From the NCBI GenBank assembly GCA_031411295.1, contig JANOAV010000035.1, positions 85,043 through 149,042 on the forward strand: DNA of 64,000 nt, given 5' to 3'. This DNA is from Verrucomicrobiales bacterium (GTDB lineage Bacteria > Verrucomicrobiota > Verrucomicrobiia > Verrucomicrobiales > V1-33). Shown here piece after piece: positions 40,011-50,275 of this stretch; the stretch's first letter is position 1; each line of letters begins with the position of its first letter. The notes below the pieces were generated by a model. That model had not been told where the DNA came from. It made no database searches and was given only the letters and a program-made list of their open reading frames with translations. The translations under genes and the position numbers were made by a program.

Positions 40011-40634
40011 ATGAAACACCAAATAGTCCTTACTCTCGTGGCCTTCTCTGGCCTGCTTCACATGGCCCAGGCGGATCTCGTGATGGTCCAGGAAACCACC
40101 GTAGGCGAAATCAAGACACGCACCACGATGTCCCTCAAAGGCGAGCGCATGCGCACGGACAGCAGCACGGAAACATCCGTCATCATCAACACCGCCACGG
40201 GCGATATGACGACCTTGGTGCATGAGCAAAAAATGGTCATGACCATGAATACTAAAACCCTGAATGAGCCACTGCCAGTCGGGGTAAAACCCATCGAGAT
40301 CACGCCGCCCAAGGTAACCGCCACCGGCAAGAAAGAAAAAGTCGATGGCTATGAGTGCGAAATCTACACCCTTGAGTCGATGGGCACGGTGGTGAAAATG
40401 TGGATGACCAAAGACTATCCTAATTTGGAGAAACTCAAAAAGCAGTTGGAACCTCTCCAAAAGATGGGCACCCCAGGAGCCCCGAAGCCCCCTGAAATTC
40501 CCGGCATGATGATCAAGTCGGAAAATGAGCAGGCCGGCCTGAAGTTTACCACCCGCCTCGTCAGCCTGGAGGAGAAGCCCGTCAGTGAAGAGACGTTTAA
40601 AGTCCCTGCTGATTACAAAGCCCCTGGCGCCTAA
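40011..40634 (+). CDS. DUF4412-like exported protein
   Basis: Signal peptide; TGKKEKVDGYECEIY, FKVPADY. Confidence 0.8.
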   Translation: MKHQIVLTLVAFSGLLHMAQADLVMVQETTVGEIKTRTTMSLKGERMRTDSSTETSVIINTATGDMTTLVHEQKMVMTMNTKTLNEPLPVGVKPIEITPPKVTATGKKEKVDGYECEIYTLESMGTVVKMWMTKDYPNLEKLKKQLEPLQKMGTPGAPKPPEIPGMMIKSENEQAGLKFTTRLVSLEEKPVSEETFKVPADYKAPGA

Positions 40635-40685
40635 TTCATTCAATTTCCATCAAACTAAAAACCGCTAACCACAACCTAACCTACT

Positions 40686-40973
40686 ATGAAAACACTCCAA
40701 CTCCTCATTCTGTCCGTCGCCCTCACCAGCTCTGTCTTGGCCGATGGCAAAGTTGATTTCAAACCCGACGACACCACCGCCACGGTGCTCAAACGCCAAG
40801 AGGGCCAACGCGTCGAACTCCGCTTGAAATCAGGCGAAAAAATCAGCGGCAAAGTTGAAGCCCTCGGCCAAAAAGCCGTGCATCTCTCCGGTCTCGTCGG
40901 CCAGGAAATGTTCGATGCCGTCATCGCTCTCGACGATATCTCCGCCGTGGTGATCCGCACCGCTTCGAAATAG
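40686..40973 (+). CDS. Small exported hypothetical protein (Sm-like pattern)
   Basis: Signal peptide; GQRVELRLKSGEKISGKV...IALDDISAV. Confidence 0.75.
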   Translation: MKTLQLLILSVALTSSVLADGKVDFKPDDTTATVLKRQEGQRVELRLKSGEKISGKVEALGQKAVHLSGLVGQEMFDAVIALDDISAVVIRTASK

Positions 40974-41085
40974 TCGCCCCTCGCCCAAGCCGCCCCACAC
41001 ACAAGCGCCGACTGGCCTCCCGCTGGTCGGGGTTCTGTGCGTCCGACCTCTATTGACAATTGCAAAAGATTCGACAGCAAAAACT

Positions 41086-41168
41086 GTAGACGTCGAGGTA
41101 ACGAGACCTTCGCGAGGCCATGTAGAATAAGCGTTGCGTGGCGCTGGTCTCCTCACGTCGCCCTCCAC
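41086..41168. repeat. GTAG-type REP doublet
   Basis: gtagacgtcgaggtaacgagacc...ggtctcctcacgtcgccctccac, same family as 23416. Confidence 0.75.
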
Positions 41169-41236
41169 GGTCAGGCCAGACCTTTTGCGAATGTCAATCT
41201 CGTGGGATTTCGTAACCGCAAGGTTCGTCTAAAGCA

Positions 41237-42496
41237 CTACAGCTTCACCCGTGGATCTTGCTTCCGGATCATTTCCACTGCAGCCGCATGATCTGCCACA
41301 ATGCCCGCCTCCACCAACCAGGCCGCCAGGACCGTGGCTGAACGAAAAAGGCCCAACTGGCAATGCACGAGCACGGTGTGACTCTGATGATGGGTCCGGA
41401 TAAACCCGATCGCCTCACGCACGGCAGCTTCCGGGGGCGGCACCAAATCGAGCAGCGGGACATTGCGATACGTTGCCCGTTCACGAAAGGCGTGCGGGGC
41501 GTTTCCTTCAGCGGTTAGGTCCAACACCGCCAACGGCCCCCGAGCCACCAGTTCGTCGGCTTCACGCTGCGTGTGTCGTCTGCCGAGCAATAATCCCGGG
41601 GAGATTTCATGGGCGGATGGACCTCCCAGATGCGGATGCTGGACGGCCCGCGCGATCAGAATCCATGGGAGCAGACACCACTCAGCGGCTGGTGAGAGGG
41701 TTCCGTTTTCTTTTCCCAAGAGGCGAGCATCGCGTCGGAGGTAAGCCAGAGCCACGATGCCACAAGCAACTGCTGGCCAGCCAAACCAAAGCCACCCTCC
41801 GCCACACAGGGCGATGGCAGAAAATACCACGGCTAACGCACCTATCCGCAGAGCCATTCTGCGATGCGCGGGCGTGGCAGGTTCCACGCGACGTGGCGTT
41901 GCTGGAATAATCGCCTTGATCAGCCAGCCCATCAGGAAACCGCCTACGACATCGAGAAAGTGATGTTGCCACAGCAGCAGCGTGGAAATGCCGATGAGCA
42001 CAAACCAAACTTTCACCACCGTCCGCAACCAGCCACGCAAGTGCCCTGCGTAAGCCACCCAGACGATGGAACGCAAACTGATGTGCAACGAAGGAGCGAG
42101 ATTGAAGGGCAGGTCGTTGGCATACAGGGCGCGAAACAACGGAGCCGTCCAACCGCTCGGCTCCGGTCGTTCCCAGCCAAACTTCATGGGAAAGAGCAGA
42201 AAGAAAATGGCGGTGGCCAAGACCACGACAATCAGTCGCGTGGTTAGTAATCGAAGCTCTGCGCGGGTGGCGCAGAGGAAAAACGCCCCACAGAAGAACA
42301 AATCCAGCGTCCAGTAGGGCACGACCAACCACGGGACGAATGGAAGGCTGCGCTCCCACGCGAAATAGCATGTGCCCACATCCGTGCGGGTGGCGGTAAA
42401 TTGATTGCACCCGCCATACACTAGGATAAAAACCGCCCCTGCCAAGGCGAGAGAACCCAGCGCACGCCAAAATAGTCCAGGTTCTCGCGCACTCAT
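41237..42496 (-). CDS. PAP2-like + dual-specificity phosphatase membrane protein (YnbD-like)
   Basis: APSLHI, QHHFLDV, HCQLGLFRS (CX5R). Confidence 0.88.
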   Translation of the reverse strand: MSAREPGLFWRALGSLALAGAVFILVYGGCNQFTATRTDVGTCYFAWERSLPFVPWLVVPYWTLDLFFCGAFFLCATRAELRLLTTRLIVVVLATAIFFLLFPMKFGWERPEPSGWTAPLFRALYANDLPFNLAPSLHISLRSIVWVAYAGHLRGWLRTVVKVWFVLIGISTLLLWQHHFLDVVGGFLMGWLIKAIIPATPRRVEPATPAHRRMALRIGALAVVFSAIALCGGGWLWFGWPAVACGIVALAYLRRDARLLGKENGTLSPAAEWCLLPWILIARAVQHPHLGGPSAHEISPGLLLGRRHTQREADELVARGPLAVLDLTAEGNAPHAFRERATYRNVPLLDLVPPPEAAVREAIGFIRTHHQSHTVLVHCQLGLFRSATVLAAWLVEAGIVADHAAAVEMIRKQDPRVKL

Positions 42497-44232
42497 TTTT
42501 GTGCCATGGACACCGTGAAGATTCCGAAATCATCGGTCCATTGCCGCACCTTGCTGAAGCCAGGCTCGCGCACGAGCGCATCCATTTCTCCCTGCGGCCG
42601 ACGACGCATGATCCAGGGTTTTCCATCGCGATTCGTCAGCGTGCGGGCGATCATTTCCACTTGGGGATGCCAGGGTTGCCCCGTGTAAATGAGCCAGCCT
42701 CCGACGGGCAACGCAGCATAAATTCCACGCAGCGAACGCCGCAGCGGCTCGTTGTCAGGAAATAATTCGTAGAGACCGGAAACCACCACCACCAAAGGCT
42801 GGGGACTCACCGTGGCCAGGGAGGACTCATTGAAGGCGTCGCCTCGCTCGTGCGTGATGCGATCGGCTAGTCCGCGTTCCGTGGCATTGGCGCGACCGGT
42901 CGCCAGGGCGGATTCGCTCCAGTCGCGACACAGTATCGTGAGGTCCGTTCCTTCGGTTTTATCATCCAATAAATCCAGCAAATACCGTCCTGCACCGCCC
43001 GCCACATCCATGAGCCGCACCGGCAGTCCAGCCTGCCGCACGGCCTGCATGCAAGAGCGGAGCGCTTCGTTCATGCACTGGCGTCGTTGCCGAATGCCCC
43101 GCCAGCCAATGGCGTCCAGATAACCCCGATCAATGAGTTTCCCCAGACCAAGCCCGCCCCGTGCTTCATTTTCGTAAACGTAGTCCAGCGATTCCCCTGA
43201 ATCGAAGCCTGTGGCCAAGCCGACCCGAATCCCTTGGCTGAGTTTCCCCAGCGTTTTCATGGAGAGCCGCTGGGCGGCAAAACTAAGATTTTTCAATGAC
43301 ATCGTGGGCAATGGACCCAGCAACGATTGATACTCGGCGTGGGTGGCTGGATGTGATAAATCATGCCGCAGCACGGGACGCGGAGCGATATCGAATCTCC
43401 GCAACGCAAAATCGCGAATGGCAGCCGTCACTTCATCGCGACACAAATCATGGAAGATCGCATGCCGCGCATCCTGCAAGGTGATGTGCTCCTTCTCGGT
43501 GGATCCGTAGTTGGTGAAGAAGCGGTTCAGGGATGCCCGCGTCACGACCCGGTCGGCGGTGGCGGAGAAAAAGAGCAACGGACGATCCATCACCATCGCA
43601 TCGCTAATCACGCGTTGGGAGGCATCGAATAGATCCACCAAAATGCGGGCGGAGATGTCTTTGGAAATTTTAGTGTCCGCATCATAAACCGCTGCGGCCA
43701 CAGGGTCGCGCGTCAGCCAGTCACCTTGCACATAGCTTTTAATGATCGTGGCCGGCTTCAGCTTTAGCAGCAGTCGAATCGAAGCCAGCGCGCCTGGCAC
43801 GATAAGATTGACATCGAAGGCCGGAGTAGCCAGCACCAAGCCCGCTAGTTGCGGTGCGTAGTCGTGCACCCAGGTCGCAGCAATGACAGCTCCGACACTG
43901 TGTGCTACGAGCACGATCCTTTCCTCACCGATCCCGTGGGTGGTTTTGATATGCGCAAAAAACTCCGCCAAATCCCTGACATATTGCATGAAGCAGGTCG
44001 CATGACCGCGCTTGCCATCGGAGTCACCATGCCCCCGGGCAGACCAAGCGAAGATGCTGGTGTCCCGCAGGACCAAGCCGGGCACTACGGAATCCCAGCG
44101 ATCCGCATGTTCATGACCACGGTGCAGCAGCACCAGCGCGCGCTTGGCTCCGCCTTCGGGAACCCATGATTTATAATGGATGGAGGCCCCATCACTGGCT
44201 TGGAACGTGAGTTGGTTTGGCGTAGGCGTCAT
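42493..44232 (-). CDS. Alpha/beta hydrolase + SAM methyltransferase fusion (YnbC-like)
   Basis: HRGHEH, AHSVG, GFDSGESLDYVY, DVAGGAGRY, YTGQPWHPQ. Confidence 0.9.
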   Translation of the reverse strand: MTPTPNQLTFQASDGASIHYKSWVPEGGAKRALVLLHRGHEHADRWDSVVPGLVLRDTSIFAWSARGHGDSDGKRGHATCFMQYVRDLAEFFAHIKTTHGIGEERIVLVAHSVGAVIAATWVHDYAPQLAGLVLATPAFDVNLIVPGALASIRLLLKLKPATIIKSYVQGDWLTRDPVAAAVYDADTKISKDISARILVDLFDASQRVISDAMVMDRPLLFFSATADRVVTRASLNRFFTNYGSTEKEHITLQDARHAIFHDLCRDEVTAAIRDFALRRFDIAPRPVLRHDLSHPATHAEYQSLLGPLPTMSLKNLSFAAQRLSMKTLGKLSQGIRVGLATGFDSGESLDYVYENEARGGLGLGKLIDRGYLDAIGWRGIRQRRQCMNEALRSCMQAVRQAGLPVRLMDVAGGAGRYLLDLLDDKTEGTDLTILCRDWSESALATGRANATERGLADRITHERGDAFNESSLATVSPQPLVVVVSGLYELFPDNEPLRRSLRGIYAALPVGGWLIYTGQPWHPQVEMIARTLTNRDGKPWIMRRRPQGEMDALVREPGFSKVRQWTDDFGIFTVSMAQK

Positions 44233-44241
44233 TTTGCAATA

Positions 44242-45177
44242 TTAGGTAAAGTGGTAACGAACGAGGTGGAAGAACACAGGCGCAGCGAAGCATAGTGAAT
44301 CCAGACGATCCATGATGCCGCCGTGGCCGGGAATCAGATCGCCATAGTCTTTAACGCCCCGGTCCCGCTTCACAGCGGACATCACGAGGCCACCGAAGAA
44401 TCCCATGGCCACAATCACAGCGGACATGCCAGCGGCCTGGAGTGGGGTAAATGGCGTGATCCACCAGAGTGAGGCGCCTGCGGCACAAGCGGACAACCCG
44501 CCTCCGATCAAGCCTCCCCACGTTTTGCTGGGACTGACCAGAGGTGCCACCTTGCGACGCCCGCAGAGTTTTCCCCAAGTGTATTGCAGCACATCCGAGA
44601 TCTGCACGACAAAGAAGAGAAAGAATATCAGGAAGGCATTGCGACCGGTATAGCCGGGAATTTCCAGCACATGCAAGGCGGGCGCGTAGCTGGCGAAATA
44701 CACTGCCACCATGAGCCCCCATTGGATCTTGGTCGTGCGTTCCAGGAAATTTGCCGTATCTCCGGCCAGCGCACTTCGCATGGGAATGAAGAGAAAGGCA
44801 TAGACGGGAATGAGCACCGTAAACAGACCATACCAATGGGTGGCCACCGTCCAATAGTGCAGCGGAGTGATGATGAAGAAGGCCCAGAAAAGCACGCGAT
44901 GATCTCCCCGTCGCGTCGGTGTTAGGGTAATGAATTCCCGCAGGGCGAAGAATGATGCCAGGCCAAAGAGAATCAACGTGGCGCGCTCCCCGCCGAACAA
45001 TGCGCCGCCAATGAAGACGCTCATGATCCACCAGGCATTGACGCGCGCGACGAGATTCGCCACCACGCGCTGACCTCCTTCGCTCTTTACGGTGCGTTTC
45101 ATAATCTCCCCGACCAGCGATCCTACCAAGAGGATGCTGAGAACGATGATGACGAGTAATTTAGCGTCGTGATTCAT
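44242..45177 (-). CDS. Phosphatidate cytidylyltransferase (YnbB-like)
   Basis: SPSKTWGG, SAVKRDRGVKD, IPGHGGIMDRLDS. Confidence 0.92.
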   Translation of the reverse strand: MNHDAKLLVIIVLSILLVGSLVGEIMKRTVKSEGGQRVVANLVARVNAWWIMSVFIGGALFGGERATLILFGLASFFALREFITLTPTRRGDHRVLFWAFFIITPLHYWTVATHWYGLFTVLIPVYAFLFIPMRSALAGDTANFLERTTKIQWGLMVAVYFASYAPALHVLEIPGYTGRNAFLIFFLFFVVQISDVLQYTWGKLCGRRKVAPLVSPSKTWGGLIGGGLSACAAGASLWWITPFTPLQAAGMSAVIVAMGFFGGLVMSAVKRDRGVKDYGDLIPGHGGIMDRLDSLCFAAPVFFHLVRYHFT

Positions 45178-45773
45178 TGGGGCCGAAGATTGTTGAGCGC
45201 TGCGCGAGCGCGATTGAGGAAGGTGGCCTTGGACTCCTCGGCATCGAACGCCACGGGGGCTCCGAAGTGCACGGAACAGAGCATCGGCACCGGCAAAATT
45301 TCACCCTTGGGTAGGACTCGGTTCAAGTTATCGATGAACACCGGGATCAACTCCACGTCCGGCCGCGCTGCCGCCAAATAATGCAAGCCAGGCTTGAAGT
45401 CGCCCAAGTCACCTCCCGAAAGCCTAGTGCCTTCAGGAAAAATGATCAGCGATGATCCGGCGGCCAAGGCCTCCAGCATGGGTGTTAGCGGATTATTGGC
45501 CCGCGTGACGCGTTGGCGCTCGATGAGCACCGCCCGGAAAACGTGTTTCGCCAGATAGCCACGGAAGCGCGTGCTCCAGTAATCCTTGGCACCCACGGGG
45601 CGCGTGGTCTTGCGCAGCACAGTTGGAAGCGCTGACCAGAGCAGCACGAAATCAAGATTGCTCGTGTGATTAGCAAAATAGATGCGCTGACGTCGGTCCG
45701 GCAAGCATCCGTTCCAACGGGGCGTGCCGCCCGTAAGAAAACGCGTGGTGAATGCAAGGAGGCGTCCGATCAT
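45174..45773 (-). CDS. Lysophospholipid acyltransferase (PlsC family)
   Basis: NHTSNLD and IFPEGTR. Confidence 0.9.
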   Translation of the reverse strand: MIGRLLAFTTRFLTGGTPRWNGCLPDRRQRIYFANHTSNLDFVLLWSALPTVLRKTTRPVGAKDYWSTRFRGYLAKHVFRAVLIERQRVTRANNPLTPMLEALAAGSSLIIFPEGTRLSGGDLGDFKPGLHYLAAARPDVELIPVFIDNLNRVLPKGEILPVPMLCSVHFGAPVAFDAEESKATFLNRARAALNNLRPQ

Positions 45774-46396
45774 GGTAGCTTGGTGTAAATGTGGCACACG
45801 CGGCGGGCCGCTGTGATGGCTGTCAGCACCGCAATGACTAGCAACGCAATCTGGAGTAACGGGACGTCTGTTTTGACTAACGACGCCAGCAGACCGACCG
45901 TAAGGATAAACATCCGATGTGGTTTGGCGCAAGGGCCGCAGAAGTCCTGACCGAATCCCAGTGATGCGCCGAAGGCGCGAAAATAGGCCGTCATAACCGC
46001 CAGCGTGGCACAACCCCACCCGAGCTGAGGATGCCCACAGGCAATGCCGGCTGCACCGAGCAGCAATACATCTTCCACGCGGTCCGGAGCTTCGTTAAAG
46101 AGATCTCCCGCCTTCGATTTCAAGCCGCCTTCCACCGCCACCAATCCGTCCAGCATATTACATAGCAGCCGGAGTTGCACCCCAACGGCCCCCAGCAATA
46201 AACCCGCCACAGGTGGCAGCCAACCTTGCGCCATGAGCACCAAAGCCGCCGCCCCCATCCCAGCAAAAACGATCCCCACGACCGAAATCGCATTGGGTGA
46301 TAATTTCATCGCAATTAGCCCCCCAGAAAGCGCGCGCGCCCATCCCGTGGTGCGTGATTTAAGCGGGCGTCGAGCGGAGTCGTCGGGCGGAGTCAT
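45770..46396 (-). CDS. CDP-alcohol phosphatidyltransferase family protein (YnbA-like)
   Basis: SPNAIS, NMLDGLVA...G...NEAPDRVED. Confidence 0.9.
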   Translation of the reverse strand: MTPPDDSARRPLKSRTTGWARALSGGLIAMKLSPNAISVVGIVFAGMGAAALVLMAQGWLPPVAGLLLGAVGVQLRLLCNMLDGLVAVEGGLKSKAGDLFNEAPDRVEDVLLLGAAGIACGHPQLGWGCATLAVMTAYFRAFGASLGFGQDFCGPCAKPHRMFILTVGLLASLVKTDVPLLQIALLVIAVLTAITAARRVCHIYTKLP

Positions 46397-46545
46397 AGGA
46401 TTACCGGGCGGGGTTGGAAGGTTGACCAGAGTTTGCAAACCAGCCTAGGCTTGGATTCCAAGGGGGCAACCCCTCAGTCATCGGAGACGGCTTCAGTAAA
46501 AAGTGTTTCATGGTCAACACAATGCTGCCACTCCACCAAGCCTGC

Positions 46546-46565
46546 CATAAGACTTTAGTCGGATA
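46546..46565. promoter_or_regulatory. Operator copy in the divergent region
   Basis: cataagactttagtcggata. Confidence 0.55.
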
Positions 46566-46737
46566 GAGGTCAGATTGGCAGAAACACTACTTCAGCTAAG
46601 AGAGCAGGAGCGGCCCGCTCCTTCATTGCTTCATCCGCTCTAAGTCACGCTCTCCCGCAGTGGGTGCCGCGTGCGGAAAGCCATTGCCAATCCATTGTCC
46701 GCACTCTAGCTTCTCGGATTCAATCCACCAACGCCCG

Positions 46738-47577
46738 ATGAAATCCATGATCCGTTTATTGCTTTGCCTTCTCGTTGCCCCACTGGACGCAGCGCCTTCC
46801 TATCCACCCACATTCAAAGGCGCGCGAGTCGAGACCTACCGAAAGATCGACTCCACGGAACTGAAGCTTTGGATCTTCGGGGAGTCGGATCCCAAAGCGC
46901 CGAAACCCGCGATAGTGTTCTTCTTTGGCGGTGGTTGGAATGGGGGATCACCAAATCAGTTCGAGCATCAGGCCCGGCATTTTGCGAAGCGCGGTATGAT
47001 CGCCATCACCGCCGACTACCGCGTGAAGTCCCGGCAAGGCGTGCAAGTGGTGGAATGCGTGAAAGACGCCAAGGCGGCCATCGCCTGGGTCCGGGAAAAC
47101 GCCCAGCGTCTCGGCATCGATCCCAACAAGATTGCCGCGTCTGGAGGCTCCGCCGGAGGTCACCTCGCGGCCAGCACCGGCACCCTCAGCGGCTTCGGCA
47201 GCGACGAACGTCCGAACGCCATGATCCTTTTCAACCCAGCCTGCACGCTCGCTCCGATCGCGGACTGGCAACCCCCAGGGGCCACGGCTGGGCTCAGCAC
47301 TGAACGACTCGGCGTGGAGGCGCAGGTGCTCTCACCGGCCCATCACATCGGCCCGCACACGCCGCCAACGCTGATTCTCCATGGCAAGGCGGACACCACG
47401 GTGCCCTACGCTTCCGTCGTGGCTTTCGAGCGCGCGATGAAGCAAGCCGACCGGCCGTGCAAGCTGGTCGGCTATGAGGGTGCAGGCCACGGCTTCTTCA
47501 ACCGCAATGAGGATTTCGCCAAGACCCTCGCTGAAGCCGACGGTTTCCTCGTGGATCTCGGCTGGCTCAAAAAGTGA
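46738..47577 (+). CDS. Exported alpha/beta hydrolase (acetyl esterase-like)
   Basis: FFGGGW, GGSAGG, HGKAD, GAGHGF. Confidence 0.9.
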   Translation: MKSMIRLLLCLLVAPLDAAPSYPPTFKGARVETYRKIDSTELKLWIFGESDPKAPKPAIVFFFGGGWNGGSPNQFEHQARHFAKRGMIAITADYRVKSRQGVQVVECVKDAKAAIAWVRENAQRLGIDPNKIAASGGSAGGHLAASTGTLSGFGSDERPNAMILFNPACTLAPIADWQPPGATAGLSTERLGVEAQVLSPAHHIGPHTPPTLILHGKADTTVPYASVVAFERAMKQADRPCKLVGYEGAGHGFFNRNEDFAKTLAEADGFLVDLGWLKK

Positions 47578-47801
47578 AGTATCATTTCTGAATGGCCTTG
47601 CGAACTGCCCAGGATTCAGAAGCAAAGACCGATTGGCGGCTCCCAAGGAAACCGCTCAAGTCAAAGGTGGAGCCGCAGCAGCAAACCCCAAAAAAGCTCC
47701 GCCGGGGAAGCGATAAGTGGAACTTGCCAGATGGGGTTGTGGGTGTGATAAGTCACCAAAATCCCCCGTCCATCTCCTGATTTCACACTAACTTTCATCC
47801 C

Positions 47802-48902
47802 ATGCACGACTCCCGTCTCGATCAACTGGCCAAGCAACTCATTAAGAATTCTGTCACCTTGAAGAAGGGGGAGAAGATCCTAATCGATCTCTATGATACT
47901 CCGGCGGAAATGGGGATTGCGATGATCCGGGCGGCCCGGGCCGTCGGTGGGATTCCCTTTGTGAACGTGCTGGACGGCCGCATCGGGCGGGAAATGGCGA
48001 TGCACGCCACGGATCCTCAATATGAAGCTTCAGCGGATGTGTTGATGCACCAGATGCAACAAATGGATGCTTATGTGGCCTTCCGTGGCAGCTCGAATAT
48101 TACCGAATCCTCGGATGTGCCCGCCGACCGCATGAAACTGGTGGCCGCCAAGATGGGTCCGGTGCTCAATCATCGGGTGAACAAGACGAAATGGTGTGTG
48201 CTGCGTTTCCCCAATGCCAGCATGGCGCAGTTGGCCAATATGAGCACGGAGGCCTTTGAGGACTTCTATTTCCGCGTTTGCTTATTGGATTATGCAGCCC
48301 TGAAACCAGCCATGAAGGCGCTGGAAAAGGCGATGAACAAAGCCAAGCAAGTCCACATCAAGGGGCCTGGCACCGACCTTACGTTTAGCCTCAAGGGCTT
48401 GAAATCCATTTACTGTGGCGGAGAACATAACATTCCCGATGGCGAATGCTTCAGCGCCCCCGTGAAAGATTCCGTGGAAGGCGTCATTGCTTACAACGCT
48501 CCCACAATTTATCAGGGAATCGCCTTCGATAATATCAAACTGGAATTCAGTAAAGGCAAAATCATCAAGGCCACAGCCAATAACACGGAGGCGATCAATC
48601 GCATTCTGGACAGTGACGAGGGTGCCCGTTACATCGGGGAGTTTGCCATTGGCTTCAATCGCGAGGTGAAGCAACCGATGCGCGATATCCTCTTCGACGA
48701 GAAGATTGCGGGCAGCTTCCACTTCACGCCCGGCCAAGCCTATGAAGGCGTGGCGGACAACGGGAATCGCTCGCAGGTGCATTGGGATATGGTCTGCATT
48801 CAACGACCCGACTACGGTGGCGGGGAAATTTTCTTTGATGGAGAACTCATCCGCAAGAATGGCCAATTCCTGTCAGCGGACCTGAAGCCTCTGAATTGGT
48901 AG
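47802..48902 (+). CDS. Aminopeptidase (M29 family)
   Basis: [33 protein letters not shown]. Confidence 0.93.
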   Translation: MHDSRLDQLAKQLIKNSVTLKKGEKILIDLYDTPAEMGIAMIRAARAVGGIPFVNVLDGRIGREMAMHATDPQYEASADVLMHQMQQMDAYVAFRGSSNITESSDVPADRMKLVAAKMGPVLNHRVNKTKWCVLRFPNASMAQLANMSTEAFEDFYFRVCLLDYAALKPAMKALEKAMNKAKQVHIKGPGTDLTFSLKGLKSIYCGGEHNIPDGECFSAPVKDSVEGVIAYNAPTIYQGIAFDNIKLEFSKGKIIKATANNTEAINRILDSDEGARYIGEFAIGFNREVKQPMRDILFDEKIAGSFHFTPGQAYEGVADNGNRSQVHWDMVCIQRPDYGGGEIFFDGELIRKNGQFLSADLKPLNW

Positions 48903-48957
48903 GCGGGGGCGTTGAGTGTTCCTGCGCTGGCGAAAAATTATCCAGTTGGTCCAAGTC

Positions 48958-50019
48958 ATGGAAGCATCGCTCCGCAACTCTCCTAGCATGACATTGCCAT
49001 CACCCCGATGGGTCTTGATTGATGCGCTGCGAGCCTTGGCGTCACAATTGATCGTGCTGCACCATTTGGCGTTTTACGGACCCATGGCTTCCTACGCGGA
49101 ACTCGTGGCACCCCGGTTGGTTGGTTGGCTGCACGCGGAAGCGCGGATCGTGGTGCAGTTGTTTTTTGTGATCGGGGGATTTCTTGCAGTGAAGAGCCTG
49201 GCACCCACGGGGACCCTGCGCCCGATGAATCCCCTGCGGACGGTCTGGCGGCGTTATCTGGTGATAGGAATACCGTTTCTGGTCGCCATGCTGCTGAGTA
49301 TCCCGTGCGCCAGCGTGGCGCGCGAGGTGCTGCCCGATCCCCTGCTCGTCCCGGAGGCACCAACGTTTCTCCAGATGCTGGCGCACATGTTTTTCCTCCA
49401 GGATATCCTGGGCTATGATGGGTTGTCTGCGGGCATCTGGTATGTGGCGATTGATTTCCAATTGTTCACCTTGTTGCTGGGTTGCCTCTGGCTGGCCCGA
49501 GGCGTATGGGGCATGGTATTGGTGGCGGGGTTAGGTGTGGGATCGCTATTTTATTTCAATCGGTCCCCCAGCTGGGATATCTGGGCGCTGTATTTCTTCG
49601 GGGCGTATAGCTTGGGGGTTTTTGCCTTTTGGTTAGCAGATCCGAAACGTTCGCCTACCTGGCTGCTGGCCCTGGCTGGAGTAGGAACCTTCGCGCTGTG
49701 GTGCGACTGGCGGTCAAGGATCGCCCTGGCCTTGGCTACAGCGCTGGTCCTGGGACTTGGCCGCAAACTCGATTTCCTAACCCGCTTCCCCCGCTCCAAA
49801 TTCATTAGTTGGTTGGGGGAAATTTCGTATTCGGTGTTCCTCATTCATTTCCCCGTCTGTCTGGTCATCAATGCCTTGGTCGTGCGCTACGCGGGGCAGA
49901 ATCCAGCGGTTAATCTAGCCGGCATGGCGCTGGCCTGGGTGTTGAGCACGGTGGCCGGGGCCGTGTTCTATCGCTACGTGGAAAGTCCGGTGCGGAGGAA
50001 GGTTTCCGCGCCGCAGTAG
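48958..50019 (+). CDS. Acyltransferase family 3 membrane protein
   Basis: DALRALA..LIVLHH, FFVIGGFL, LGEISYSVFLIH, YRYVE.P; start uncertain. Confidence 0.88.
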   Translation: MEASLRNSPSMTLPSPRWVLIDALRALASQLIVLHHLAFYGPMASYAELVAPRLVGWLHAEARIVVQLFFVIGGFLAVKSLAPTGTLRPMNPLRTVWRRYLVIGIPFLVAMLLSIPCASVAREVLPDPLLVPEAPTFLQMLAHMFFLQDILGYDGLSAGIWYVAIDFQLFTLLLGCLWLARGVWGMVLVAGLGVGSLFYFNRSPSWDIWALYFFGAYSLGVFAFWLADPKRSPTWLLALAGVGTFALWCDWRSRIALALATALVLGLGRKLDFLTRFPRSKFISWLGEISYSVFLIHFPVCLVINALVVRYAGQNPAVNLAGMALAWVLSTVAGAVFYRYVESPVRRKVSAPQ

Positions 50020-50100
50020 TGGCAGGGTGCAGGACAAAAAAAGTTGCTCACTAATTTTGCAACCCCTCTCGTCAAATCTTGAAAGGTTTTCATGCTTCTC

Positions 50101-50249
50101 AGTCCTGAAAGGACGGGACAACCAAGCCCAGGGTGGAGCGAAGTGTAACCCTGGGTAACCACCACCATGGCACTAAGCCCTGCAAGGGCGGGACAACCCG
50201 AGCACGCTGCCACTTGCCTTGAGCTTTGATCTTCCGTCCCTTCAGAACT
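50101..50249. repeat. REP-like palindromic cluster between convergent genes
   Basis: agtcctgaaaggacgggacaa, cccagggt...accctggg, agccctgcaagggcgggacaa, inverted tccgtcccttcagaact. Confidence 0.65.
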
Positions 50250-50275
50250 GGAGAAAATGATGGCGTCTGGCACCG

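Noticed and set aside
22142..46565. CRISPR array or integron attC interpretation of the palindromic repeats
   Set aside because: Copies are degenerate, occur in groups of 1-3 upstream of genes, and no cas or integrase gene is present.
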